Positions 15,325 to 24,895 of a stretch of DNA of 64,000 nucleotides are shown here, piece after piece. This stretch comes from a phage. The stretch lies in NCBI GenBank assembly GCA_011911785.1, contig GCA_011911785.1_4084.1. One strand, 5' to 3'. Both the position numbers and the translations under genes were made by a program. Positions within the stretch are counted from its first letter, which is position 1; each line of letters starts with the position of its first letter. The notes beneath the pieces were generated by a model, which did not search any database, had not been told where the DNA came from, and was given only the letters and a program-made list of their open reading frames with translations.

Positions 15325-15578
15325 TTAATTTAAGTCAAGATGAATATAACGAGCGACTTGCAAAAATCTCACCTAAACGTAATGCAATCTATCACAGCCA
15401 AGAAATTCAACACAGTAAGAAGATGATTATGTTTCGTGAGTTAAAGATGGGTGTCTTCTTAGGAACAAACTATCAAGAGACAGAAGTAAATCGCGTCATA
15501 ACCGAGTTACTCATGGAAATCAGAGGTAAGCTGTACTTTCATCAAATGACCCAACCACTGAGGTGTAATGAGAAATGA
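15315..15578 (+). CDS. LGTNYQ-family small protein (87 aa)
   Basis: motif FLGTNYQETE; same junction as 15100. Confidence 0.6.
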   Translation: MQMINLSQDEYNERLAKISPKRNAIYHSQEIQHSKKMIMFRELKMGVFLGTNYQETEVNRVITELLMEIRGKLYFHQMTQPLRCNEK

Positions 15579-15811
15579 ATAAAATTAATAACATCAACTT
15601 AGCAGAAAGATTTGATAGAATTGGGGAAGCTCTGAGAAGATACGATAAAGCATATGGTCATTTAAGCTTTACCATAGAAACGAGATATGCCCTTGAAGAA
15701 GAGTTTAAAATGCATAGTCTCTTAGGCACACAGTATCAAAATCAATATGTTCAAAATTGGATTGAACTTTTAATCCAAACAATTCATGTGAGGAACATAA
15801 AATGCAAATGA
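15575..15811 (+). CDS. LGTNYQ-family small protein (78 aa)
   Basis: motif LLGTQYQNQY; ATGA overlap. Confidence 0.6.
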   Translation: MNKINNINLAERFDRIGEALRRYDKAYGHLSFTIETRYALEEEFKMHSLLGTQYQNQYVQNWIELLIQTIHVRNIKCK

Positions 15812-16056
15812 TATACTTAACAGACGATGAAATAAAAGAAAGAATAATTAAATCCAGAAAACATACAAATCAACTTCCAAAAGACCCAAATCAAACCCCT
15901 GCTGAAAGGAGTGCAGAAGTATTATATCAACAACTCCTGTACTTTCTTGGGACTGATAGACAGGATTATTATGTTCGATCGATTCTTAGATATCTTAAAA
16001 TGACTATTCAGGAAAAGATACATGACCAAATATATAAAAATCTTAACAGTCAATGA
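15802..16056 (+). CDS. LGTNYQ-family small protein (84 aa)
   Basis: motif FLGTDRQDYY. Confidence 0.6.
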   Translation: MQMIYLTDDEIKERIIKSRKHTNQLPKDPNQTPAERSAEVLYQQLLYFLGTDRQDYYVRSILRYLKMTIQEKIHDQIYKNLNSQ

Positions 16057-16279
16057 ATATCATAAGATTATCATGAAGACTAATATTGAGAATTCTAAAA
16101 AATCAAATACCAAGTACATTCTGGAACACACATTTGAAGAACGACAATTAGCTTTAGTTGAAGCAAAACTTCTTGCACTATTAGGGACTAACTATCAAGA
16201 CGAGTACGTAAGAAAACTAATATACCTTTTAACTAAACATATAAGAAAAAGAAAAGCACATGAAACACTTGACAGATGA
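16022..16279 (+). CDS. LGTNYQ-family small protein (85 aa)
   Basis: motif LLGTNYQDEY. Confidence 0.55.
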   Translation: MTKYIKILTVNEYHKIIMKTNIENSKKSNTKYILEHTFEERQLALVEAKLLALLGTNYQDEYVRKLIYLLTKHIRKRKAHETLDR

Positions 16280-16490
16280 CGAATACGGTGTTATCATCCT
16301 TGATGTTATCAATAAAGAATACCATAGGAAACAACGATACGCTTGTTATGAAGATAAACAGCTTTCTATAGCTGAACAACAATTAGTTCATTTATTAGGA
16401 ACAAACTATCAAGAACAATGCACTGAACGTTACCTGTATCTACTGTCGAGGAAAGCAAAAAGAGATTATGAAAATTTTAAACGAAGGTGA
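16260..16490 (+). CDS. LGTNYQ-family small protein (76 aa)
   Basis: motif LLGTNYQEQC. Confidence 0.6.
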   Translation: MKHLTDDEYGVIILDVINKEYHRKQRYACYEDKQLSIAEQQLVHLLGTNYQEQCTERYLYLLSRKAKRDYENFKRR

Positions 16491-16683
16491 TGAAGTAATA
16501 TTACTTATAGAGAATTCAAGTAAATTCTTAAACATATCACTGTCTGATATAGATGAAGATGACAAAGAAGTACTGAGAGCAGATTTAAGAGTACTGTTAC
16601 ATCTCGGAACAAACCTACAAGAGCAATTCGTTGAGGACTACATCGATGAACTTAAAGAATCAGTACTGAGAAGATGCAAATGA
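16468..16683 (+). CDS. LGTNYQ-family small protein (71 aa)
   Basis: motif HLGTNLQEQF. Confidence 0.6.
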   Translation: MKILNEGDEVILLIENSSKFLNISLSDIDEDDKEVLRADLRVLLHLGTNLQEQFVEDYIDELKESVLRRCK

Positions 16684-16925
16684 AAATCCTTTCACCAAGT
16701 GAATACCACGAACTATTAAGTAGTTTAATTCCAAAGTTACATCGTAGCTGGTCAGCAGAATTATCACAGGATGAAAAAAATATTCTAATAAGTGAAATCT
16801 ATGTTCTAGCTACTATAGGAACTAACTATCAAGAACACATCATCGTGGATTATATTAATACACTTCAAAGGTCTATCCAATGCAAATGCGAATCATTACC
16901 GGAGAAGAATACCGAACAATCATAA
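16674..16925 (+). CDS. LGTNYQ-family small protein (83 aa), C-terminally extended
   Basis: motif TIGTNYQEHI; the usual KCK-stop junction has lost its stop, giving a 13-codon read-through tail. Confidence 0.55.
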   Translation: MQMKILSPSEYHELLSSLIPKLHRSWSAELSQDEKNILISEIYVLATIGTNYQEHIIVDYINTLQRSIQCKCESLPEKNTEQS

Positions 16926-17122
16926 ATGGACTGTTTTTGAAGTTATTTGCCATTAACACATCAAAACTACCAGACACGGATAAAATTATTAAGTTAAATG
17001 AAATCTACGTTCAAGCAACTCTAGGAACTAACTATCAAGAAGCCAATGTTTATAATTACATTAATACACTTAAAAGGGTAATACAATTAAAATGCACAGA
17101 CAGCACATACACAAACCCCTAG
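16880..17122 (+). CDS. LGTNYQ-family small protein (80 aa)
   Basis: motif TLGTNYQEAN. Confidence 0.55.
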   Translation: MQMRIITGEEYRTIINGLFLKLFAINTSKLPDTDKIIKLNEIYVQATLGTNYQEANVYNYINTLKRVIQLKCTDSTYTNP

Positions 17123-17322
17123 GAACAGCAGAATACCTTGAACTAATGGCAGCAAACTTCTCATCCTTTCAGAAACTGATGCAAGAATCAAATAATGATT
17201 TAGAATATCATATCAAAAGTTCAGATTTAAGATTGTTACTCACTCTAGGAACAGACAGTCAGTACCAATTCGTACAGGAGCATATTAGAGCACTTTTAAA
17301 TGGCATCAGGAATAAACTATGA
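17092..17322 (+). CDS. LGTNYQ-family small protein (76 aa)
   Basis: motif TLGTDSQYQF. Confidence 0.55.
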   Translation: MHRQHIHKPLGTAEYLELMAANFSSFQKLMQESNNDLEYHIKSSDLRLLLTLGTDSQYQFVQEHIRALLNGIRNKL

Positions 17323-17534
17323 AGACAATATCTAATCAAGAGTACTTAGAACTATTCAGAAAGAATAATCACAAATTTTTAGTACTTGATACAAGAACTG
17401 ATATAGGGGAACTTGAAAAAAATCTTTTGCGTTCAGAGATGATAGTACTGACACTCTTAGGAACACAGCACCAAGAGAGAACTGTTAATTCACACATAGG
17501 GATTCTTATACAGATAGTACAGGAAAAGATATGA
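17319..17534 (+). CDS. LGTNYQ-family small protein (71 aa)
   Basis: motif LLGTQHQERT; ATGA overlap. Confidence 0.6.
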   Translation: MKTISNQEYLELFRKNNHKFLVLDTRTDIGELEKNLLRSEMIVLTLLGTQHQERTVNSHIGILIQIVQEKI

Positions 17535-17752
17535 GAATCATAACACAACAAGATATTCTTAAGTTCACAAGGGTTCATGCATCTGAATTTGATGCTATAT
17601 TATCAAAAAGTTACAACAACCCTTATACAGAAGATGTACACTACAGTGAATTATGGGTGTATATACTTTTAGATACAAATTATCAAGAGCAAGCAGTACA
17701 GAAGTATTTGACAGCTTTAAGTACTGCTATTGCTAATGGAATAGGTGTTTAA
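17531..17752 (+). CDS. LGTNYQ-family small protein (73 aa)
   Basis: motif LLDTNYQEQA; ATGA overlap. Confidence 0.6.
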   Translation: MRIITQQDILKFTRVHASEFDAILSKSYNNPYTEDVHYSELWVYILLDTNYQEQAVQKYLTALSTAIANGIGV

Positions 17753-17754
17753 AA

Positions 17755-18096
17755 ATGAAAACTAATATTCAACTTAAGGTTTATAAATCATTTGCAAGTA
17801 CATATATCAAATGCAGTCTATGTAAAGATGTAATGGACTACAAAGGTAAGCCATTCACGATTACTTACGATTCTACAAGAGGTTTTTATATATCTTTTGC
17901 TGATTACAAATATAACATGTACGAACACATTGACATTAAAGATTTAAGTACTTTATCTGAAGAAGAATACTTTCAAGAATCATTAGTATGGGATTTAGAG
18001 TTTCCTATGCCATTGGTACATAAGATGATAGTACTAATAAAAGAAACTAAACAGGAGCCTAATAGTGCTTATGAAGAACACATTATTGAGTACTGA
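17755..18096 (+). CDS. FQxS-motif family protein (113 aa)
   Basis: motif EEEYFQESLVWD. Confidence 0.65.
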   Translation: MKTNIQLKVYKSFASTYIKCSLCKDVMDYKGKPFTITYDSTRGFYISFADYKYNMYEHIDIKDLSTLSEEEYFQESLVWDLEFPMPLVHKMIVLIKETKQEPNSAYEEHIIEY

Positions 18097-18099
18097 ACC

Positions 18100-18330
18100 A
18101 TGAAAAGATTATCATTCGAAGAGTACTGCAAGCTTATTAATACTTTACAACCACAAATAAAACAAATAAATTCTCTTCCTATATCCCAAGAAGAACGTGC
18201 AGTACTGAAAGATGAGTTAATTTTAAAATGCACAGTAGGTACTAACTATCAAGCTGATAGTGTTCGTTATCTAATTTGGGGTTTAATGTGCATAATAGAG
18301 AACAAAGCAGTTGACAGTACTCTAATGTAG
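18100..18330 (+). CDS. LGTNYQ-family small protein (76 aa)
   Basis: motif TVGTNYQADS. Confidence 0.6.
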   Translation: MKRLSFEEYCKLINTLQPQIKQINSLPISQEERAVLKDELILKCTVGTNYQADSVRYLIWGLMCIIENKAVDSTLM

Positions 18331-18378
18331 TGCTATAGTACTTGTACTTTTCGAGCGTTCTAATAGAGGGTACAGATT

Positions 18379-18624
18379 ATGTTAAAATTTTTAAATTTTC
18401 TTATCGTCTTGTGTATTGTTCTTGGGATTGCACCGTTTGTATTAGCGTATCTGGATTCAGATGAAATGCACAAGATGAATTGCACAAAGACAGGACAGAG
18501 TAGAAAAGAGACGGTTATGATGCCCGTAACGGTTATTGTGAATAACATGCCGATTACAAACATGGTCCCTACCCTAACGACAACGTACCAGTACTCTTGC
18601 GATGACGGAGAGAGATGGAGATGA
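18379..18624 (+). CDS. hypothetical membrane protein (81 aa)
   Basis: N-terminal hydrophobic helix FLNFLIVLCIVLGIAPFVLAYL; RBS AGAGGG. Confidence 0.45.
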   Translation: MLKFLNFLIVLCIVLGIAPFVLAYLDSDEMHKMNCTKTGQSRKETVMMPVTVIVNNMPITNMVPTLTTTYQYSCDDGERWR

Positions 18625-18958
18625 TGCGATAATGCGTAAGATCAATTGTATAAAAAGAGCGAATACATGTTTCATTGCGTTGACCAATGTACCGGGTGGG
18701 TCTGGTGTTAAGATATTTGAGTACAATAAAGTTGATAATTGTTTCTATTGGGTAGAAGGTATCAAATCATATGAAAATACGATAGCAGTACCGAATCTAG
18801 TTGATATCTCTGAAGAAGAAGAGTTTCAGTACATGTTAGTACACGATGATTCTTTTGGGTTGACATACAAAGAGATGAAGGAAGTACAAAGGCAGATGAT
18901 ATCATGTATGAATATTTCTAAGCATTTCCTTCAAAATATTCATCCAATTTACGTATAA
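18602..18958 (+). CDS. FQxS-motif family protein (118 aa)
   Basis: motif EEEEFQYMLVHD. Confidence 0.6.
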   Translation: MTERDGDDAIMRKINCIKRANTCFIALTNVPGGSGVKIFEYNKVDNCFYWVEGIKSYENTIAVPNLVDISEEEEFQYMLVHDDSFGLTYKEMKEVQRQMISCMNISKHFLQNIHPIYV

Positions 18959-18967
18959 GAGATTAAT

Positions 18968-19303
18968 ATGAAATTCAACATTCATAGAATTAATTCCGGT
19001 TGTATATTTGCTTATACGCATGAGAATTACAAGAAGTACATGAATCATGAAGTACATTATGTTTTTGAGGACGGTAAAGAATATTTTGCTTATTTGAGTC
19101 CCAGGAGTTTAGGTAAGTACGAGTTGCTTCAGGATCTTTCTCTTATGCAGGAAGATGAATTATTTCAGTACAGTCTAATTCATGACCCTTATATGTTTGA
19201 TATAGATATTATGTGCAGTTTACAGAAGAGGATGAAAGAAGTTTGGGATTCGATTAAAAGAGGTGATTGTATAGAATATGATAGTATACAAGAAGATGCC
19301 TAA
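18968..19303 (+). CDS. FQxS-motif family protein (111 aa)
   Basis: motif EDELFQYSLIHD. Confidence 0.65.
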   Translation: MKFNIHRINSGCIFAYTHENYKKYMNHEVHYVFEDGKEYFAYLSPRSLGKYELLQDLSLMQEDELFQYSLIHDPYMFDIDIMCSLQKRMKEVWDSIKRGDCIEYDSIQEDA

Positions 19304-19496
19304 CGGATATGAATTGAAGTACAGACAGTTTATTCGAAATGTAGATTCAGATCCTTTTAATGTTAAAATGGCAGAGTTTGATTTATTATTTTATCTAGGA
19401 ACGAGAGCACAGCCACAATTCGTTGATGCATACATAAGGGCTTTACGAACAGAGATAGTATGCACACCAAAGGAGTCTAAATGTACAAAAATGTAA
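19278..19496 (+). CDS. LGTNYQ-family small protein (72 aa)
   Basis: motif YLGTRAQPQF. Confidence 0.55.
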   Translation: MIVYKKMPNGYELKYRQFIRNVDSDPFNVKMAEFDLLFYLGTRAQPQFVDAYIRALRTEIVCTPKESKCTKM

Positions 19497-19738
19497 ACCA
19501 TCATTTGTACGCATCGAAGTACAGGGATTTTTGTTTACAAGGGGGCGATGAAGATTTTGCTCTGCGATTATCGGAATTTAATATGTTATTTTATCTTGGT
19601 ACATCAGTACAAGAAGAAATGGTACAGAAATTTATCAAGCACCTTGAGCGAAAAATTCATACGCAAATTTTGGTTGTTAAGTTACAGAATGAGATAAATG
19701 AATACAATGCAGAATCTAACAATAGTACAGGATCTTAG
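19481..19738 (+). CDS. LGTNYQ-family small protein (85 aa)
   Basis: motif YLGTSVQEEM. Confidence 0.55.
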   Translation: MYKNVNHHLYASKYRDFCLQGGDEDFALRLSEFNMLFYLGTSVQEEMVQKFIKHLERKIHTQILVVKLQNEINEYNAESNNSTGS

Positions 19739-20099
19739 ACCAGTAATAATGATGTTAAATGCAAGACGAGATTTATGGCACGAAATGCATAACAAGAAGG
19801 ATTCATTTGCACAAATCAATTTAGTCTTTCAGGAGTTAATCCAGAGTGCATTGGGTGTTATCGAACCAAAATACAAAGATGGTATATTCTGTGTAAAGAA
19901 TGCAGTTCGTCCTCATGCAATTCCAAGGAAAATTAAGTTAGCCAGATTAACATTTGACGAGAGGGATTTCTTCAGTTATAATCCCAGTACAGCTTTATAT
20001 TTTATTCCTGATTCAGACAAATATCATCCTATCCATTACGGATGGATTATGTCTTATATAGTAAATGAAACGGAATACCCTATTAAATGGGAAAGATGA
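19698..20099 (+). CDS. hypothetical protein (133 aa), possibly a divergent array member
   Basis: ORF in array context; weak LVFQELIQSAL segment. Confidence 0.5.
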   Translation: MNTMQNLTIVQDLRPVIMMLNARRDLWHEMHNKKDSFAQINLVFQELIQSALGVIEPKYKDGIFCVKNAVRPHAIPRKIKLARLTFDERDFFSYNPSTALYFIPDSDKYHPIHYGWIMSYIVNETEYPIKWER

Positions 20100-20275
20100 T
20101 GATAGATACAAAGACATTAAATGCATTACAGGATTCATTATTAGATAGTATTAAGCTGTATTACAATATGCATTTGAGGGGTGGTATCAATGATTACAAT
20201 TATTATTTGAGTGTAATTATATTTGAGCATCTTTCAGTACAGGATAGAATTTTACACAAGTACAAACATTATTGA
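20087..20275 (+). CDS. hypothetical protein (62 aa)
   Basis: ORF coupled to neighbours. Confidence 0.4.
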   Translation: MGKMMIDTKTLNALQDSLLDSIKLYYNMHLRGGINDYNYYLSVIIFEHLSVQDRILHKYKHY

Positions 20276-20286
20276 GGAAACAAAAT

Positions 20287-20646
20287 ATGTTCAATAAAAT
20301 CATGTTCATTTTAACATTTGTGTTTTTATCATTCACAAACACCGCTCATGCAGCACAGGCAGTACAGGCATCATCGGATGTACCGTTATATGAAACATAC
20401 AAATTTGATTGCAGATTACAGAATAATGAAATAATCAATATCTTTTTACACAATACAGAAGTACCTTATTTGCAGATTGAAGCAACGAAGTACATGTATT
20501 ATGGTACGAATTCGGTACAGGAATTTTTATTTAAACACACAGAACAGGATGTAATTATATCATTGCAGTACGTTGATAGTTCATTGTCTTTAATGCATTT
20601 CAAGAATGCAGAGGGATTAGTTACAGTGCTCAAATGCTATAGGTAA
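20287..20646 (+). CDS. predicted secreted protein with Sec-type signal peptide (119 aa)
   Basis: N-terminus MFNKIMFILTFVFLSFTNTAHA-AQA; RBS GAGGAAA; contains YYGTNSVQEF segment. Confidence 0.55.
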   Translation: MFNKIMFILTFVFLSFTNTAHAAQAVQASSDVPLYETYKFDCRLQNNEIINIFLHNTEVPYLQIEATKYMYYGTNSVQEFLFKHTEQDVIISLQYVDSSLSLMHFKNAEGLVTVLKCYR

Positions 20647-20652
20647 TAATAT

Positions 20653-21168
20653 ATGAATGAAATTGAATTATTAACGCACAAGATTAGTACAATAATGCTT
20701 ATGCTCAAAAATAATCATCCTATACATAAGTACATTGATATAGATGAATTACGCATAGAAGATAGGCATGGTAAATTATCGTTTATGTTTCACAATGCAA
20801 ATAATGCAGGGAATGTTAACGTTTGTTTTGCAGCATTTACCCAAGCCAATCCAGTACAAACATCTCCTGTTGTATACGAAAATAAAGAAGGGTATTTGTG
20901 GGTAAACACAAACGATTATTTCTTTTATGATTTGAAACAAGATGATGAAGTAGAAGAACGAATTGATTTAATTGATATTAGTACAGATTGTAGTGCTGAA
21001 TTATTTCAGAAATCGTTATTATATAGTCCTCGTCAAATGCATTATCTAAAGTTATTCAGTTCATTGTACGCGAATCCTTTAATTAAGGGTTTTAAATTTT
21101 ATATAAAAGTTCCTGACATTCAAGCAGTTTATGATATTTTGATGCAAGGATATAGTTATGAAGTATAG
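20653..21168 (+). CDS. FQxS-motif family protein (171 aa)
   Basis: motif AELFQKSLLYS. Confidence 0.65.
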   Translation: MNEIELLTHKISTIMLMLKNNHPIHKYIDIDELRIEDRHGKLSFMFHNANNAGNVNVCFAAFTQANPVQTSPVVYENKEGYLWVNTNDYFFYDLKQDDEVEERIDLIDISTDCSAELFQKSLLYSPRQMHYLKLFSSLYANPLIKGFKFYIKVPDIQAVYDILMQGYSYEV

Positions 21169-21466
21169 AATGCTCTATACCAAAGATATGATTTATGTTG
21201 AATTAGAAGGCGATGAAGACGGTTGGAATTTGATTTATTCATGTAGTTCAGGTTGGTACATGGCACATTTAAATGATAACGAAGTCACAGATTATTTTGT
21301 AGATTTCAATACATTATCCGACGAAGAATTGTTTCAACAGCAATTAGTGATTGACACAGGTGGATATGATGTGTTATTATTAAAAAAGATACAGAAAGCT
21401 GTTATGAATTTTAATGCACATGTATCCGAATGGGAAAGGAAATATTATGACCTCGAAGTACAATAA
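21158..21466 (+). CDS. FQxS-motif family protein (102 aa)
   Basis: motif DEELFQQQLVID. Confidence 0.65.
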   Translation: MKYRMLYTKDMIYVELEGDEDGWNLIYSCSSGWYMAHLNDNEVTDYFVDFNTLSDEELFQQQLVIDTGGYDVLLLKKIQKAVMNFNAHVSEWERKYYDLEVQ

Positions 21467-21815
21467 TACATTTGATATTAATAAGTTAACAGAATGGTTT
21501 TATAATATTGAAATTGAAGCTATTCCGTATCACAAGTACGAACAACGTGATTTACGTAGTATAGATATTCGTGAGTTGTACGAGTATTATCAGAGTGCAT
21601 TAGAGATGCATAAGATATTTTTGAGTACAGAATACATGACACGTTGTAAGGATGCGTTTGATGAATTCAAGAAGAATGATAATTTAGTACAGAAATATGT
21701 AATAGCAAAGTACATGTACCTTCAGGGAATTACAAGTACAGTGCAATTCAATACAGTTCTTGCTTTAGTTGAGATTATTTTATTATGCAAAAATGTAAAG
21801 TGGAATTTAGTTTAG
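21447..21815 (+). CDS. hypothetical protein (about 122 aa), divergent array member
   Basis: track ORF 21414; segment ELYEYYQSALEMH. Confidence 0.5.
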   Translation: MTSKYNNTFDINKLTEWFYNIEIEAIPYHKYEQRDLRSIDIRELYEYYQSALEMHKIFLSTEYMTRCKDAFDEFKKNDNLVQKYVIAKYMYLQGITSTVQFNTVLALVEIILLCKNVKWNLV

Positions 21816-22282
21816 AGAGTGCTGTGCAGTACGTTAAGTACATTGAAGGTGTATACAATATAATGAAAGCATATGAAGGAAAAGGATATGCTTCAATAAA
21901 TCACAAATATGATTATATTAACAATCAGTTAGAAGAATCAAATTCAGGTAAAGTGCTTTTTAGTTTTTTATATTTTGCTCCTGACAATGTATATCCTGAT
22001 GAAAATGATCTTCGTCTGGAAAGAGATGACCTTTGGTATATGTATCCAGGACGTGATAAGCCAATGGATGATGCTTTGTTGGAAATCAAATACAGTCCAG
22101 AACCCTTGACACCGGAGTTGTGGTTCCAGTACAGTACAATACATGAAGAAATTGATATCTTTTTCTACGCAATATACAAGATGCTTTATGAGAATGGTGT
22201 GCTTAAGAATCATGTATATTTTTATTTCCAGCAAATGAAAAATGTATATGAGTCCTTTTACCCAACCGAGCCTGTATCGTAA
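21785..22282 (+). CDS. FQxS-motif family protein (165 aa)
   Basis: motif ELWFQYSTIHEE. Confidence 0.65.
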   Translation: MQKCKVEFSLESAVQYVKYIEGVYNIMKAYEGKGYASINHKYDYINNQLEESNSGKVLFSFLYFAPDNVYPDENDLRLERDDLWYMYPGRDKPMDDALLEIKYSPEPLTPELWFQYSTIHEEIDIFFYAIYKMLYENGVLKNHVYFYFQQMKNVYESFYPTEPVS

Positions 22283-22308
22283 GATATGGGCTTTTTTTCG
22301 TTTTGGTA

Positions 22309-22338
22309 TTGACACAGTACAGAATCGGTGCTAATATA
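22309..22338 (+). promoter_or_regulatory. sigma70-like promoter (TTGACA-N18-TAATAT)
   Basis: TTGACA 22309-22314, TAATAT 22333-22338; preceded by a T-run. Confidence 0.5.
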
Positions 22339-22362
22339 CCTGAACATTTTTAAGGAGAACCC

Positions 22363-22897
22363 CATGCAAACATCGCAAAAATCGCAAGTACAGAAAGCAA
22401 TGTCATTCAATGAAATTGGTGCATTTAAAGATAAGATTATTGATTGTATTGAATACGCGATTTGTAGTAATATCAAAAGTATAGAGGTATTTAACAAGTC
22501 AAATCGCTCTTACCATATGATGTACATTGCAAACAATAATGGTATCATTCCATTTGTTTCGGATAGTACAATATGGTTCGCTTGCGATGTGAAAAAATAC
22601 ACAATAGGTTCATATGTCTTCGGTAAACATGGTGATCTAATTATTCCTGAGCATTGTATGCAAGAAGAAGAATATTTTCAAAAGCAATGTGTACATGAAC
22701 CATTAGAGATGGTTGCTTTATATATGATACCTTATATCTCTAAATGTGTTCATGAGAATAAAGCTCCGTGGAATCATGAATTTGTATCGTTGAAGTTATT
22801 GTATAATGTTTTAGTACAATATTATGATTACAGACACGAGGGTACAATCAGCGATGTATGGGATTTCGAAAATTTAAGGGTAAAAACATATGAATAA
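22363..22897 (+). CDS. FQxS-motif family protein (178 aa)
   Basis: track ORF 22328 trimmed to ATG after RBS AAGGAGA; motif EEEYFQKQCVHE. Confidence 0.65.
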
Positions 22898-23528
22898 TTT
22901 TCCAAGAAATGCTTCACCGTATGAGGTGATGAAGTTCATGGAGCCTCATGTTCCTTATATGTTTGAAATGCTAAAGAAGTTCAATGCTATTTTCCCTGAG
23001 AATTCAAAATTGGAGATTCCATTTGATTCCGCATCCAGATACAGTGCATCCTGTGGTAAATTAGTTTTAGTTATCGGTAGTGACAGAATAGGTTTCAGGG
23101 AAGTATTTGACACGTCATTAGCATTTGGTATATTCGATAACAACAATAACATCACATACATTGACAAGTACATTTGCGACATAGCAGGTTCCTCTAAGCC
23201 GGATTCCTTTGTGGATTCAGTTGCAGATTATGGTGTTTCAAAAGATGGTAATGTAATAAGTACAAAGACGTTCATATCATTATCGTTAGAAGATGACATA
23301 TGTTACATTGCAGGGCAAGAGTACGAGGGTGTAGAGGAAGTGCTTTTTCAAATGTCCTTAGTACAGAAGGATATGGTGGACCCTACCGAAATCCTGAAGT
23401 TGTGCAAATATGCGAATGAGTACAAGAAATTGATTGAACCTGGGTTTAGTTTCAGTGCACAGAGTCCGCATTTTCAGATAAAAGTATATGAAGATTTCAT
23501 TTTGAAGTTAAAAGAGATTGTGTTATAA
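22890..23528 (+). CDS. FQxS-motif family protein (212 aa)
   Basis: motif EEVLFQMSLVQKD. Confidence 0.65.
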   Translation: MNNFPRNASPYEVMKFMEPHVPYMFEMLKKFNAIFPENSKLEIPFDSASRYSASCGKLVLVIGSDRIGFREVFDTSLAFGIFDNNNNITYIDKYICDIAGSSKPDSFVDSVADYGVSKDGNVISTKTFISLSLEDDICYIAGQEYEGVEEVLFQMSLVQKDMVDPTEILKLCKYANEYKKLIEPGFSFSAQSPHFQIKVYEDFILKLKEIVL

Positions 23529-23580
23529 TACGCAATAACATGCAATAACACACAATACAACAAAGACGGGAGTGATTTAG

Positions 23581-24117
23581 ATGATCCAGCACAAACATTT
23601 TGAGTACGAGTTCGCTGACAATTTAGTAAAAATCGTACAGGCGTTTGAGGCTGGGGATTTTGACCACATCTATCCTAAGCACAAGGAAGGATGGCTTGAG
23701 CCTAAGAGCGATATTGAAAAGTATCCATCTATTGTGTATTACAGGAGAGATACGGTAATGCACGCTGTAGGTGAGAAGATGCAGTTAGAGTATTGTCTTT
23801 TGTTCAATGCTATTACATCGGCTACATCAGCATCTGAAGAGTTCGCTCCAGTGAATTGGATTCGTTATTTGGATATGAGCAAGAGAGAGGAAGAAACCTT
23901 TTTTGGTTTAACAAAGCACGTTGATATTGCAACCTTGAATCCTAACATCCTGAGTCCTGAAGAATATTTTCAGGAGTCCTTAGTACAAGATCCTTATATT
24001 TTACAGGTGCAGCAAGTATATAATGTATTACGTGCTAATGTGAAAACGAATTTCTTTTTAGCTTTAACGTGGTACGATAGGTTAGTAAAAGATCTCAAAG
24101 AGATTAAGGGGGAGTAA
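23581..24117 (+). CDS. FQxS-motif family protein (178 aa)
   Basis: motif PEEYFQESLVQD; RBS GGGAG. Confidence 0.65.
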   Translation: MIQHKHFEYEFADNLVKIVQAFEAGDFDHIYPKHKEGWLEPKSDIEKYPSIVYYRRDTVMHAVGEKMQLEYCLLFNAITSATSASEEFAPVNWIRYLDMSKREEETFFGLTKHVDIATLNPNILSPEEYFQESLVQDPYILQVQQVYNVLRANVKTNFFLALTWYDRLVKDLKEIKGE

Positions 24118-24683
24118 TGCTGGACCTTCAGGACATAGAAAGTACATGCAAAGCGATAGAAGATGATTTAGAATACATCAAGGGGTTGTATTTAATTGTA
24201 GATAGGATTTACAAAAATCCGAATGCGTTTCAGGAAACGTACCAGCATGATAAATTTCGACACGAACCAATCATTACGCTTATGTCGGATTTATCGATTT
24301 ACGAAAGAAAATCCAACAAATCACATAGTGTATTATTTGTGAGTACAGATAGATTTTACAGTACAACATCAATTTGTTCAGATGTATCATGTGCATGGTT
24401 CAGTTCAAATGAATATATAACAGTTAAAAATAATGGCGAAAATGAGAAATTAAAAGTAAGTGAGCTTATTGATTTGATGCCATATAGTCCTGATGTAGTG
24501 TTTCAGTACAGTACATTGCACGATTATAATTCAATACGATATCGTTATTTTGTTAAGCATTATTATGATACCTTCGGGGAGTTAACGGAGAAGTTAACGT
24601 TGAGATTTGACCGTGATATTGATCTCGTTGCAATGCTTCAGTACATACAGTACGTGTTTGATAAGGACGCGGAAAAGGGGTAA
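24117..24683 (+). CDS. FQxS-motif family protein (188 aa)
   Basis: motif DVVFQYSTLHD; TAATG overlap. Confidence 0.65.
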   Translation: MLDLQDIESTCKAIEDDLEYIKGLYLIVDRIYKNPNAFQETYQHDKFRHEPIITLMSDLSIYERKSNKSHSVLFVSTDRFYSTTSICSDVSCAWFSSNEYITVKNNGENEKLKVSELIDLMPYSPDVVFQYSTLHDYNSIRYRYFVKHYYDTFGELTEKLTLRFDRDIDLVAMLQYIQYVFDKDAEKG

Positions 24684-24895
24684 TTTTAAAATGATAAATA
24701 TAGGCTTGTTTTTGGGGGCGTTTTGGGGGGTCAAAAAAATTTTCGCTGAAAAACATGTTAAGGTATATGTTTAATATAAAATTTTATATTGTGTTTTTCA
24801 GAGTACAGTTCATGTTTCCTTAAACAAAAAATACCCCGCCGCCGAACGTGCTCCTTATATTGTAGTTTACCTTATTAATTATAGTAGAGGTTATT

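Noticed and set aside
22270-22298. Terminator upstream of the promoter at 22309
   Set aside because: A T-run is present but the preceding stem (AGCC...GGGCT with a roughly 15-nt loop) is too weak to call.
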